Positions 17,328 through 27,354 of a stretch of DNA of 64,000 bases are shown here, one piece after another. Under the pieces are notes generated by a model. The model was not told the DNA's origin and did not search any database. It saw only the letters and a list, made by a program, of their open reading frames with translations. Within the stretch, counting starts at the first letter, position 1. Every line of letters begins with the position of its first letter. Source of the DNA: Candidatus Hydrothermarchaeales archaeon (lineage in GTDB: Archaea; Hydrothermarchaeota; Hydrothermarchaeia; Hydrothermarchaeales; JAZGAD01). The DNA lies in assembly GCA_036444275.1 (NCBI GenBank), contig JAZGAD010000028.1:1-64000 (forward strand). The letters are read 5' to 3'. Position numbers and translations under genes: made by a program.

Positions 17328-18695
17328 ATGCCTAGCATAGAGCACATATTCAGGGCCTACGATGTACGCGGGGTATTCAATGTCGAACTTACCGCTGAAA
17401 TAGCTGTTAAGATAGGCGCCTCTTTTGGGACCTATTTAGGGGGCGAGGGCAGAGTCCTTGTAGGACGCGACGTTAGGACGAGCAGTGCTGCCGTAGAAAA
17501 TGCCTTCTCAGCGGGACTTGCTTCCACCGGGGTAGATATAAGCTCTACAGGACTGGTTCCGATACCGGTGGCAAATTTCAAGATTATGAAGGGGGGCTTC
17601 GATGCAGGTGCCTATATAACGGCCTCCCATAACCCACCCGAGTATAATGGAGTGAGACTCAGGCGCTCTGATGGGTCCGGTTATACCGAGGAGAATCAAG
17701 CGGTATGGAATATAGTCCTCAAGGACAAGGTGAAGCTGGCGCGGTGGAACAAGCTGGGCTCAATAGAGCGTATCGAAGCAGAGGAAACTATAGGTGAATA
17801 CAAGGCTTTCCTTTTGGAGAGGATTTCTCTTAAAGACGCCCCCAAGGTGGTACTGGATATAGGCAATGGGTCTGCATATCACGTAGCCCCTCTGCTTCTT
17901 AGTGAAGCTGGTGCAAGGGTAGTAGCTATGAATGAGAAGCCAGATGGTACATTTCCAGGGCGCCCCTCTGAGCCTAACGATGAGACTCTAGGCGGTCTGC
18001 GGAAGAGAGTAGTAGAAGAGGACGCTGCCTTTGGAGCTGGTTACGACGGCGACGGCGACCGCGTGATCTTCGTCGATAATAAGGGTAGGACGGTGCAGAC
18101 CGAGAAGATAGGCATAATCCTAGCGAGAGACCTCTTGAAGAGGAAGAAGGGTGTAGTCGTGGCTAATGTCTCGTGCTCCATGATCGTGGAGGAAGAGATA
18201 GAAAAACTTGGCGGAAGTGTGAAACGTGTGCGCGTGGGCGATGTATTTGTGTGCGAAGCAATAAAGAAATACAATGCACTATTCGCTTTGGAAACGAGCG
18301 CCCACCTCTTCATGCCGGAGTTCTACATCTTTGACGATGCCATCTTGGCTACGCTGTTGCTCACAAAGGCCCTGGCGGAGAGTGGCAAGAGGCTCTCAAC
18401 CCTCGTTGACGAGATCCCCAGCTACCCCTATAAGGAGAGGAATCTCAAGTGTAGTGACGCCGTAAAATTCCAAGTTATGGATGATATCATTGAGAGCTTT
18501 AGAGGCAGGGGATACGAACTTGATATGACAGACGGCGTGAAGGTAAATCTTGAGGACGGCTGGATGCTGCTTAGGCCTTCTAATACTAATCCGCTAATAC
18601 GGGTTGCCGTGGAAGCGAAAAATGAGAGGAGACTGGAGGAATTATTAAAGATAGCTGAGGAGGAATTCAAGAAGGCTGTGGGAAAGGTAGGGTAG
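17328..18695 (+). CDS. Alpha-D-phosphohexomutase (PGM/PMM or GlmM)
   Basis: FRAYDVRG, TASHNP, DGDGDR, RPS.T.P. Confidence 0.93.
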   Translation: MPSIEHIFRAYDVRGVFNVELTAEIAVKIGASFGTYLGGEGRVLVGRDVRTSSAAVENAFSAGLASTGVDISSTGLVPIPVANFKIMKGGFDAGAYITASHNPPEYNGVRLRRSDGSGYTEENQAVWNIVLKDKVKLARWNKLGSIERIEAEETIGEYKAFLLERISLKDAPKVVLDIGNGSAYHVAPLLLSEAGARVVAMNEKPDGTFPGRPSEPNDETLGGLRKRVVEEDAAFGAGYDGDGDRVIFVDNKGRTVQTEKIGIILARDLLKRKKGVVVANVSCSMIVEEEIEKLGGSVKRVRVGDVFVCEAIKKYNALFALETSAHLFMPEFYIFDDAILATLLLTKALAESGKRLSTLVDEIPSYPYKERNLKCSDAVKFQVMDDIIESFRGRGYELDMTDGVKVNLEDGWMLLRPSNTNPLIRVAVEAKNERRLEELLKIAEEEFKKAVGKVG

Positions 18696-18761
18696 TTTTA
18701 AATTGGAATGAAATGATTCTACTAACCAGAACCACTTTAACACATCTGAGATGATTACACG

Positions 18762-20003
18762 ATGAAAGCTGTGATCCTAGCTGCTGGCCGTGGAACCCGC
18801 TTGGAACCGGTGACTTCGGATATGCCAAAATGCATGCTCCCTTTAGCGGGAAAGCCAGTTTTAGAGCATATTCTGAATGGAGTTAGGAGGGCTGGAATAA
18901 AAGAGACTCTGATGGTGGTTGGTTATAAAAAGGACAAAGTTGTGGAGCACTTCGGTGATGGCAAGAAGCTTGGGCTAAAAATCAAATATGTACATCAAAA
19001 GCAACGCTTGGGCACAGCACATGCCATCGGCCTAGTCAAGTTAGACGAGGATTTTTTGGTTCTGAATGGCGACGCCCTGATCTCAGTTGAGGATATCAAG
19101 AAAGTTGCAGACAACCATGACGGCGTTGCTACCTTGGGGGTTAAGAAGGTTGACGATCCGCAACAATATGGCGTTGTGAGACTGGAGGATGGAAGCGTAA
19201 GAGAGATAGTTGAGAAGCCTGCAAAATTCGTCTCAAACATGGCCAACGTCGGCATATATGCCTTCTCTCCAAAGGTCTTCGAAGCTATAAAAAAGACTGA
19301 GAAGTCGGAGCGAGGGGAATACGAAATCACCTCATCGCTACAGCTGTTGATAGACTCTGGCGAGCCGGTCAAAACAGTGGAAATTACTGGCCTATGGAGC
19401 GATATCGGCAACCCCTGGAACTATCTCGATTCCAATCAGGCCCTGCTGGAAGCACTGAAAGGCGAGATAAAGGGCGTAGTAGAAGAATATGCTAAAATTA
19501 AGGGCGAGGTATACCTCGGCGAGAACTCAGTGATAAAGTCAGGCACGTATGTAGAGGGGCCAGTATGTATAGGTGAGAATAGCACTGTTGGTCCAAACGC
19601 CTTCCTCAGAAGCTTCACTACTATAGGGGACCACTGCAGGGTTGGTAATGCCGTTGAGATAAAGAACTCCGTAATAATGGACCACACTTATATACCTCAT
19701 CTCTCCTATGTCGGCGACTCCATTGTGGGAAGGAACTGCAACTTCGGAGCTGGGACGCTAGTAGGTAATCTAAGGCTGGACGAGAAAAGCGTGAAGATGC
19801 GCATACGCGGCGAGCTCAAGGACACTGGGCGAAGGAAGATGGGCTGCATCATCGGCGACAACGTGAAGACTGGATTAAACGTGATGATAAATGCTGGACG
19901 CAAGATAGGCCAGAACAGCATGATCGGGCCGGGTGTAATAGTGTACCATGATGTCCCTGCGAACTCCTTTATTTTGGAGAAGCAAGTGGTGGAAGCGAAG
20001 TAG
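18762..20003 (+). CDS. glmU: Bifunctional sugar-1-phosphate nucleotidylyltransferase/acetyltransferase (archaeal GlmU-like)
   Basis: LAAGRGTR, PK, hexapeptide left-handed beta-helix, HLSYVGDS, NFGAGT. Confidence 0.9.
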   Translation: MKAVILAAGRGTRLEPVTSDMPKCMLPLAGKPVLEHILNGVRRAGIKETLMVVGYKKDKVVEHFGDGKKLGLKIKYVHQKQRLGTAHAIGLVKLDEDFLVLNGDALISVEDIKKVADNHDGVATLGVKKVDDPQQYGVVRLEDGSVREIVEKPAKFVSNMANVGIYAFSPKVFEAIKKTEKSERGEYEITSSLQLLIDSGEPVKTVEITGLWSDIGNPWNYLDSNQALLEALKGEIKGVVEEYAKIKGEVYLGENSVIKSGTYVEGPVCIGENSTVGPNAFLRSFTTIGDHCRVGNAVEIKNSVIMDHTYIPHLSYVGDSIVGRNCNFGAGTLVGNLRLDEKSVKMRIRGELKDTGRRKMGCIIGDNVKTGLNVMINAGRKIGQNSMIGPGVIVYHDVPANSFILEKQVVEAK

Positions 20004-20474
20004 TTATACGTAGTCACAAGTCGAATTAAAGGAATAATTGGTTGTATTTACCCTAGATACAGTGTCTGTAGATGGCCATTCGCCATTGAAAGCATAGTAG
20101 ATGGATTTCAAGGCTTGATTTCTTACCGTGTTTCCAACAGATGAAGAGGTGCACGTGGGGCTATCTTTCATATATTCCGGTACTTCCAAGTATAATCTAA
20201 TAAGGTACGAATCAAGATTGCCCTCTTTTCCTGCAGATTCCAATTCTAATCTATCGATCCTCACTACACCCTCAGGGGTTTCATTCATATCCCCCCCTCG
20301 AAATCCTATCCCTCGCATGCTAGCGCCGAATGTAGCTCCATCTCGCGCTGCGGCCAATGCCTTGTTTAGCTCATTTTGCCTCGTAATATAAGGGAATACA
20401 CTCAAAGCCATAGCTACAAAGAGCCCTACGATGACCACGAATTCAAGAGCAATCTGCGCCTTTTCCTCCTTCAT
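20004..20474 (-). CDS. Minor pilin, class III signal peptide
   Basis: MKEEKA/QIALE plus hydrophobic helix; start moved to ATG 20474; sequons NTT, NYS, NST. Confidence 0.85.
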   Translation of the reverse strand: MKEEKAQIALEFVVIVGLFVAMALSVFPYITRQNELNKALAAARDGATFGASMRGIGFRGGDMNETPEGVVRIDRLELESAGKEGNLDSYLIRLYLEVPEYMKDSPTCTSSSVGNTVRNQALKSIYYAFNGEWPSTDTVSRVNTTNYSFNSTCDYV

Positions 20475-20475
20475 T

Positions 20476-20982
20476 TCAATCGACCCTTGTCCCATTTCGA
20501 TAGATAGCAATATTATCCCAATAAGCGTATATCACCACATAGCTGCCGTTGTTCCTTATAGTGGTCTCGGGATATTGCGATGTTGGATCCACTCGGTCGA
20601 TGTTTAGAGGGATTATAGGTATAGTAGTCGTCCACTCGCTGCCACCCGTCTTCGACATGTTCTTGCTCACATTTATGGTCCTACTATTTAGGTCTATCTT
20701 TAGCGGCAGTATTAGCCCTATCCCAGGAATCGTCAGGTTTTTCATCTCCTTGTAGTCCAGTATCTCTGAGTCCAGCTGCAAACTGAATCCCTCGCCATTG
20801 GCATATACATTGTTTATAGCACTAGCCAATACCTCGCCCATCATCTTAGCTTCACCTGCCTCGCCTACATCTCTAGCGAGATAGTATCTTGCCCAGCTAA
20901 GGTTCACAATAGATGCCAGCACGATAATGGCGGCCCCCACTACCAAGACAGCCTCCAAGGTGATCTGGCCACGTTCGTGCAT
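20476..20982 (-). CDS. Minor pilin, class III signal peptide
   Basis: MHERG/QITLE; sequons NLS, NLT, NVS, NMS, NGS, NGT. Confidence 0.88.
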   Translation of the reverse strand: MHERGQITLEAVLVVGAAIIVLASIVNLSWARYYLARDVGEAGEAKMMGEVLASAINNVYANGEGFSLQLDSEILDYKEMKNLTIPGIGLILPLKIDLNSRTINVSKNMSKTGGSEWTTTIPIIPLNIDRVDPTSQYPETTIRNNGSYVVIYAYWDNIAIYRNGTRVD

Positions 20983-20994
20983 TCTTATCTACCC

Positions 20995-21564
20995 CTAGAA
21001 GCCCGATGGCGGCTCGGCTAGACTTGTATTACATTCGATGCCACTTAGGCTGCTGCTGGTGCTCGAGGTTATATTCTTCCAGTAGAGCGTTATAGAGTAG
21101 CGCTTTCCAATGTCCTCTACAATGGCGTCTTCACCAGCGGCTGAGAAGCTCCAGCCAGTGCCGTAGAGGCTTCTAGTAAAGTTATGTGTCTCTTGCCGCT
21201 TTATAGTCCCATCGGACTTCCTTCTCATGATCAAAACCGTCGTGATCAGGTTGGCACCATCTGGAGAGCATATCCTCGTCGCTATGTGGATTACAGGCAC
21301 AGGTGATGCATTCGTCGTGTTCCCAACGGAACGGAACCCAGGTACGTAAACATCAATGGTCCTCTTTCCTCCTGGTGTGACTACCGTATTTGCGGCTGAC
21401 GCTATCTGCTCAGTAGCATACCTCGCTGCTGAGACAATCTCTATGTCATTAGCCGCAGCTTTAACCCTAAAAGCCATAGGCCATGAGATTCCCACTAAGA
21501 CGACGATGAACATCCCGAAGATTATTATCGCCTCTATAGTAATCTGTCCTCTTTCATTCCTCAT
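20995..21564 (-). CDS. Minor pilin, class III signal peptide
   Basis: MRNERG/QITIE; sequons NTT, NAS, NFT, NIT, NTS. Confidence 0.88.
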   Translation of the reverse strand: MRNERGQITIEAIIIFGMFIVVLVGISWPMAFRVKAAANDIEIVSAARYATEQIASAANTVVTPGGKRTIDVYVPGFRSVGNTTNASPVPVIHIATRICSPDGANLITTVLIMRRKSDGTIKRQETHNFTRSLYGTGWSFSAAGEDAIVEDIGKRYSITLYWKNITSSTSSSLSGIECNTSLAEPPSGF

Positions 21565-22652
21565 CGCAGCAACCCCAATATATCTCCTGATACTAAGGAA
21601 AACAGCAGGCCGAAGAGGATGACCGGTGCGAAAGGCATGCTCTTTTTTACCGTAATCTGATCCTCCAACCTTCCATCTTTCACATATCTTTTTAGGGTAG
21701 TGATTTCTTCCATGGTTAAGCCGGCAGCCCTAGGTACAGCAATCAAAACCCTCTCCTTATGGGCCCTTCTCTCTTCTTTGCTCTTGGCGAGGGCCTTTAC
21801 TCTCTCGATGATGCTCCGCTTATCTCTAACTATCTTTCCATTCTGGATATAAATCTCTTCTGCTATCGATTTCCCTTCACTTAATCCTGTTATCTCAGCC
21901 TCTTCTTTCAGAGCATCCCTCAAGATCTTCAATGTGTTCCAGAGCAACGATAAGAAGGCGAAAAAGAATGCTGCAACGACGAAGTATACCGCCAGTTTTT
22001 CTAGACGGAAGAGGGGATCCTGTGAGATTACGAAAAAGGCGAGCAATAGGCCGCTAGCAGCGTACTTATAGGTATCCTTGACCACTGGTGCATAGAGCAC
22101 TATTAATGCTGGAACTGCGAATATAGGCCTTCCCAACAGCCAACCGAATGTTATAGCCGCCGTCAAGAAGAAGGAGCCCTTAATGTATTCCATGTCTCTG
22201 AGGGGCTTCAAGAATTCTAAGAGGGAGAGTTTAGTGTAGGATACGAGTATCGAATAGAGGAGTAAAAATGGAAAGGCTAATAGAAAGGTGTTGATGAGGA
22301 TGGTTAAAACGAACGGATAGGGAGAGATAGAAGGAGTGAAATAGTTCCTTAAGATGCTTGGGTATCTTGGTAAGAGTGCTGCTAGAAATAGGAATTCCTT
22401 GGCATCTCCAGCGCTCCAGCCGCCGAGAACCCAGAAAAGATAGCCTACGATGAAAATCGCTGAAATGCTTTTCACCAAGGAAGCGAGGAGAGAGATATCC
22501 CTTGAGTAAAGAGCGTATAAAGAGTTGCCAGCTACCCCTATCCCGATGAGAGGAAAGGAGAGTTTATTAGGCACTATCCCCTTTTTCAAGTCGGTCACAC
22601 TCGCTATAGCTACTCCAGCGACAGCTAGTACGATAAAAAATATATCCCACAT
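21561..22652 (-). CDS. eppA: EppA-type prepilin peptidase (A24)
   Basis: SVTDLKKGIVPN, WSAGDAK (GxGD), extra TM segments, C-terminal MPFAP; flanked by QxxxE pilins. Confidence 0.9.
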   Translation of the reverse strand: MWDIFFIVLAVAGVAIASVTDLKKGIVPNKLSFPLIGIGVAGNSLYALYSRDISLLASLVKSISAIFIVGYLFWVLGGWSAGDAKEFLFLAALLPRYPSILRNYFTPSISPYPFVLTILINTFLLAFPFLLLYSILVSYTKLSLLEFLKPLRDMEYIKGSFFLTAAITFGWLLGRPIFAVPALIVLYAPVVKDTYKYAASGLLLAFFVISQDPLFRLEKLAVYFVVAAFFFAFLSLLWNTLKILRDALKEEAEITGLSEGKSIAEEIYIQNGKIVRDKRSIIERVKALAKSKEERRAHKERVLIAVPRAAGLTMEEITTLKRYVKDGRLEDQITVKKSMPFAPVILFGLLFSLVSGDILGLLR

Positions 22653-22654
22653 GG

Positions 22655-22837
22655 CTATCTCTTGAGTTTGGATATACTAAGAGTCCTCTCCGTCTCCACC
22701 CACTCAGCCGTAACATTGGCGAATGCCTGGATAGAACCTCGCAAACTGAAAAAGGCTACCGCAGCTACAACTACCCCTCCAGTTAGGATAACGAATTCTA
22801 TACTGACCTGCCCCGTCTCCTGGCTAACAAAGCCCAT
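22655..22837 (-). CDS. Small pilin, class III signal peptide
   Basis: MGFVSQETG/QVSIEFVILTGG; start moved to ATG 22837; sequon NVT. Confidence 0.82.
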   Translation of the reverse strand: MGFVSQETGQVSIEFVILTGGVVVAAVAFFSLRGSIQAFANVTAEWVETERTLSISKLKR

Positions 22838-22860
22838 TTTATCATTAACTGCAGGACCTA

Positions 22861-22870
22861 CATATAAATA
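22861..22870. promoter_or_regulatory. Probable bidirectional TATA box
   Basis: CATATAAATA lies about 25 nt from both divergent ATGs (22837 minus, 22893 plus). Confidence 0.55.
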
Positions 22871-22892
22871 TCTTGCCATAAATGGTTGTTTC

Positions 22893-23093
22893 ATGCGGAT
22901 AATCCTCCTGGTAGCAGTCTTCTCTATCCTTGCTATAGTGCCCCTTCTCCATCCTGGAGAATTCTATGACAGCCGTGAAAAACTCGCTCCCCTCTTCCGC
23001 TTGGCTGAACTAGATAAGTGCGTTAGGGAAGGGTATTCCCAATGCGGTGGATTCCATATACCTATGGCGGTAGAGGAAGCTTGGAGCGCATGA
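22893..23093 (+). CDS. Small secreted or membrane-anchored hypothetical protein (66 aa)
   Basis: MRIILLVAVFSILAIVPLL N-terminal hydrophobic segment, two Cys; TATA about 25 nt upstream. Confidence 0.55.
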   Translation: MRIILLVAVFSILAIVPLLHPGEFYDSREKLAPLFRLAELDKCVREGYSQCGGFHIPMAVEEAWSA

Positions 23094-23129
23094 AAAAAGA
23101 TATAATGCTTCACTAAATTAAAGTATTCT

Positions 23130-24083
23130 ATGGACCGGATGTCCCTAAAAGAAAAAATTTACAGCAAGAAGACCTTGCTCTCTTTTTCGGTCGCTTTCGC
23201 TATTCTTTATCTCCTACTTATAAAGGTGGATCTCGCTAGAACTCTGGAGATAATGAAGGGTGTTAGGCTGAGAATATATCTCCTCGCAATAGTGGTCTTC
23301 TATACAGCTTTCTTCCTCCGAGGACTGCGGTGGAGCAAGCTATTGGAAAACGCTGGGCTCACTACTCCCTGGAGGGATGCCACTGAGATATTATTCGTAT
23401 CTTGGTTCGCTAATTGTCTTATACCAGCGAAACTCGGTGATGTATACAGGGGCTACTTGCTAAAGAAGAATTATAAACACTCTCTCTCCAAGACTATGGG
23501 TACAATATTTGTTGAACGTGCCTTTGATATTATAGCCATAGTTGTCCTTTTGCTCCTTACGGGATTCATCGCTTTCAAAGGCGGGATGCCCATCACTATC
23601 CTTCGATCCCTAAAGGTAGTAGGGGCCCTATCAATATTCTTGATCCTGATTTTGATTTTTGTGGTCTACCAAGAAGGGTTCATATCAAGGTTCGCCCCTA
23701 AAACGTTAAGAGAAGTCATAGAGAGATTCGAGGAGGGGATATCCCAGTCCTTGAGGCGGCGTAGTCTGCCCATCATCACTGTGTATACCCTAGTAATGTG
23801 GCTTTCGGACGCCTTACGGCTGTTTCTGGTTACGCGGGCGATAGATTTCCCTATCCCTATATCACTATTAATCTTCGTTTCCTTTACCGGGGCCTTGCTT
23901 ACCGCCTTTCCCGGCACTCCAGCAGGCCTGGGTGCTGTTGAGTTAGCCATCGCCGGGCTACTCATCTTGATGGGAGTTACAAAAGAGGTTGCGGTTTCGA
24001 TCGCAATACTTGACAGGCTTATCACCTATTGGAGCTTACTTATCTTTACAGGGACTGCTCATGTACTCAGTAGCAAGACCTAA
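23130..24083 (+). CDS. Flippase-like LPG-synthase TM domain protein (AglD2/UPF0104)
   Basis: RGLRW, FANCLIPAKLGDVYR, ERAFD, PGTPAGLGAVE, DRLITYW. Confidence 0.9.
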   Translation: MDRMSLKEKIYSKKTLLSFSVAFAILYLLLIKVDLARTLEIMKGVRLRIYLLAIVVFYTAFFLRGLRWSKLLENAGLTTPWRDATEILFVSWFANCLIPAKLGDVYRGYLLKKNYKHSLSKTMGTIFVERAFDIIAIVVLLLLTGFIAFKGGMPITILRSLKVVGALSIFLILILIFVVYQEGFISRFAPKTLREVIERFEEGISQSLRRRSLPIITVYTLVMWLSDALRLFLVTRAIDFPIPISLLIFVSFTGALLTAFPGTPAGLGAVELAIAGLLILMGVTKEVAVSIAILDRLITYWSLLIFTGTAHVLSSKT

Positions 24084-24774
24084 ACCTGAACTCTCAGTAG
24101 TTATACCAGCGTATAATGAGGAAGAGCGCATAGAGAGCGTGCTCAGAAACTACGCTGACTTTTACCGGAGCTATGAGATTATTGTGGTATGCAATGGCTG
24201 CAGCGACACAACACCAGAGATAGTTGCCAAGCGGTCGAAAAAAGATCCGAGAATCAAATCGCTGAATTTCGATGAGAAGTTGGGTAAGGGAGGTGCAGTT
24301 ATTGAGGGTTTTAAGGCAGCAAAAGGAGAATTAATTGGTTTTTTAGATGCAGATGAATCTGTTGTTCCAGAGGATTATCTAAAAATAATAGACGCCGTAA
24401 AATCTCTAGGTTTCGATGGAGCTATTGGCTCCCGTGGGGTAGAGGGAGCTGAGATAATTTCGGATCGCTCATTTGCTAGGCAAGCTGCTAGCAAGATTTT
24501 TAACATGTTAGTCAGGAGAATAACGGGTTTGGAATTTTCCGATACCCAATGCGGTGCCAAGGTCTTTAAAAGAAAGCCTTTGGGCAAAGTGAGAGATGCT
24601 ATTTTTTCCGTTGGCTATGAATTTGATGTTGAGCTACTCCTACGGCTGAAAAGGCGGGGGTATAAAATTGTAGAAGTGCCAGTGAAATGGACGCATAGCG
24701 GTAACTCTAAATTTAGCTTGATCTATGCACCTGCGATGTTCTTTGGTCTATTATTACTGCGGCTTAGGAAGTAG
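24061..24774 (+). CDS. GT2 dolichyl-phosphate hexosyltransferase-like enzyme
   Basis: SVVIPAYNEE, GKGGA, FLDAD, IGSR, DTQCGAK, FDVELL. Confidence 0.92.
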   Translation: MYSVARPKPELSVVIPAYNEEERIESVLRNYADFYRSYEIIVVCNGCSDTTPEIVAKRSKKDPRIKSLNFDEKLGKGGAVIEGFKAAKGELIGFLDADESVVPEDYLKIIDAVKSLGFDGAIGSRGVEGAEIISDRSFARQAASKIFNMLVRRITGLEFSDTQCGAKVFKRKPLGKVRDAIFSVGYEFDVELLLRLKRRGYKIVEVPVKWTHSGNSKFSLIYAPAMFFGLLLLRLRK

Positions 24775-24915
24775 AAGCATCACAGCGCATGCTTTTTGGA
24801 TGGTGTAGCTAAAATGGGTGCATTCAGGAAATTCAAATCTAAATTTGATCAATTCGTCGAAGATGTTATTTGATTTAATCCCTTTGAGAATGTAGGGTGA
24901 AAGACTGCTGTGCTG

Positions 24916-26580
24916 TTAGTGATTCTCCAGAGTAATAATATGGTAGTAGTTATCTATTGGAAAAACATTGCTGTTGAGGTTTAGCGCCAGTTTTTTTATT
25001 TCTTTATCACCCACCCAAAACACTAAATGAATAGACTTTTTTCTTACAACAGATTTTTCTATTAAATCGTTTATTATCATGCCCCTATCCTCGTAACCTT
25101 CGGTTGGATTTGGGTAATAAAACATGACTCGGTCGTCTATCACTGCCCTGTCCCAGGGGGAAAATTTTGGTACTATGACGACATCACCCTCATTTGTTAA
25201 ATCCCCCAAAGTGTTATGACTGCGTATTTGATATGATCTTTCCAAATTACCCACTTTGAGTTCGTGGACGTTAAGGAAATTTGAAAATGCAAAGGCGCCG
25301 ATGAACATGAGGACTAGAAGAAAAGATGTTACACGAGACTTCATTTGAATGTGCACTAAACAAAAGATAGATAGTGCAATAGCCAAAGAGAGGGAGAGTG
25401 CTTTGATTTTCATGTATTCAAGGCTCCTTATGGCTATAGTAGGTGAATGCAGATAGGAATACCCTGTGAGGATTAGAAGCGGTAATACCCAAAACCTATA
25501 ATTCTTGTAAAATTTAGTCATGAATCCCGCGCTAAGTAAAGTCATGAATGGTAGAATTGGGAGGAGATATCTCATACTGAAGATCTTCCCGCCGAAGTCT
25601 GGGGATGTGTAGAGCAAGATCGACAGGAGATATATAAGGTTAGGGAATATGAGGGATTTTTTTCTCATGTAGAAAAGACCAAAAAAGGAAGTAACTAGAA
25701 AAGGAGATGATTCCAGGATGGACTTTTGGATAATCCAACGGCCCCATCGATCAATTAGGTATCCACGATAAATCACCATGCCGATAAAATTATTAATGAC
25801 TGTTGAAAAAGAAAATCCGAAGTTCAGACTATGTTGCCCCATTATAGAAGGTGAAACTTGAAGGTTATACCAAAAGATTGCGAGAAGGGTCGCGAGAAAT
25901 ATTGGAACTATGAGGCCGTTGCGTTTTTTCTTCAAGACATACAAAAATAGGATGCCGATAGGTAAAAGCAGATAGAAGGCTGCCAAAAGGGCGATTACGG
26001 AACTTAGTAGGAATAATCCCGGGTTTTTTGCGTTCTCATCGAAGTAGAGCCACGAGACTTGCGCACCTAAGAAACCCAGGGTCACTAAGGCGTGGTGCCA
26101 AAGGCTTGTAGAATGGAAAAGAGAGTAAGTGCCAAAAAGATATAGAAGAACTGATAAAAAACCTGCCTCTCTGTTCCCCCAGATTTTTAAAGATCCATAA
26201 TAAAGCAAGACAAGGGTTAGTGAAGTTATGATGGCATTAGAAATCTGCAACCCCATGAGCCCAAAGATTCTATAGAATGGAGAGCTCATGAGGGGGTAAC
26301 CAATTTCTACTGCTGCATAAATATGTTCTTTGTTGATGGAGAAAGAGGGAGGGATGGCCAGCCGTTCGTCAATGCGTCGACCAATGAAATAGGAGTCAAC
26401 TTCAAGCGAGAAACCCTCTGCAATAGATCTACTCAAGTAAAGATTGGCGTTTTCATCAGTTGAAAATAATCCCGGAGTCATCAGCCCCAAGTAGATTGCT
26501 AGAGAGAAAACAATGATAATGAAGATTACTTTAAGTTCGGATAGAGATTCATTCGATCTAGATATCATTTTCAATCCCAA
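24916..26580 (-). CDS. GT-C fold membrane glycosyltransferase (ArnT/PMT-like)
   Basis: STDE in the first external loop, GYP, many TM helices, RYLLP motif, soluble C-terminal domain. Confidence 0.7.
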   Translation of the reverse strand: MGLKMISRSNESLSELKVIFIIIVFSLAIYLGLMTPGLFSTDENANLYLSRSIAEGFSLEVDSYFIGRRIDERLAIPPSFSINKEHIYAAVEIGYPLMSSPFYRIFGLMGLQISNAIITSLTLVLLYYGSLKIWGNREAGFLSVLLYLFGTYSLFHSTSLWHHALVTLGFLGAQVSWLYFDENAKNPGLFLLSSVIALLAAFYLLLPIGILFLYVLKKKRNGLIVPIFLATLLAIFWYNLQVSPSIMGQHSLNFGFSFSTVINNFIGMVIYRGYLIDRWGRWIIQKSILESSPFLVTSFFGLFYMRKKSLIFPNLIYLLSILLYTSPDFGGKIFSMRYLLPILPFMTLLSAGFMTKFYKNYRFWVLPLLILTGYSYLHSPTIAIRSLEYMKIKALSLSLAIALSIFCLVHIQMKSRVTSFLLVLMFIGAFAFSNFLNVHELKVGNLERSYQIRSHNTLGDLTNEGDVVIVPKFSPWDRAVIDDRVMFYYPNPTEGYEDRGMIINDLIEKSVVRKKSIHLVFWVGDKEIKKLALNLNSNVFPIDNYYHIITLENH

Positions 26581-26583
26581 AAT

Positions 26584-27108
26584 TTACTCGACTTCGGTAA
26601 GGATATAATCGGAGTTTTCGTAAATAATTTTACTTGTGTTTACTTCCCTTCCAAGGTTCTTGGGGTACACTACCATAGTGATGCCGTAACTTTCGAGTAT
26701 GTCGTCGTCCATAGTCTTGAAATAGGCGACAGTAATATTATCTAATCTTAAGTATTTGGCTAAGAGAAAAACTGAAAATACTTGCGCTAGAACTATGAGG
26801 ATTAATACTGCCTTGAAGGAAGCCAGCAAGCTCAAATATTTGAAAGTAACGTAGCGGACTCCTGTAACAAGATAATAAAAGCCGGGAGGGTAATTAGCAA
26901 ATGCTACATACCCATTGTTTATATATTCAGTAAAACCTACAAGTTGGCGAGTCGGCACTAAGAGATTTGCTAGAACCCAGGTCTTTAGATAGTGGAAGGG
27001 AACATCCCAACCCATAGGTATCCCTAGATCCAGCAGATGCCTGGAGAGAAAAATGACGTAAAGAAAGGTTGAAAGTAGAATAAACTTGGATTTAAGTGTG
27101 TCTTCCAT
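26584..27108 (-). pseudogene. Internally deleted GT-C (PTPS-related membrane protein family) remnant
   Basis: N-terminus (GWDVPFH, GY...NYPP) resembles 27355-29022 but joins after about 125 aa directly to a C-terminal-like tail (YGITMVV...IYENSDY). Confidence 0.55.
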
Positions 27109-27354
27109 AAATTATCCCTTCGTTATAGTAGTATTTCTCCTTATTTATACTCATTAGGAGTCAATCAGAAGCTGCAAAAGAATGCCTTCGGGTATAGGAA
27201 GATTTCCTTAGGCGAAAATATATGCCCCGCCTATACACTATATAGAGGTGAATTTCATTGCACCTTTATTCTTTCTTCCATTCAAAGCACTTTCATTTCA
27301 GTTAGCTCCTTCCAATCCAAGCCATTGTATATATTAGTTAGGGGTTGCAAAAGG

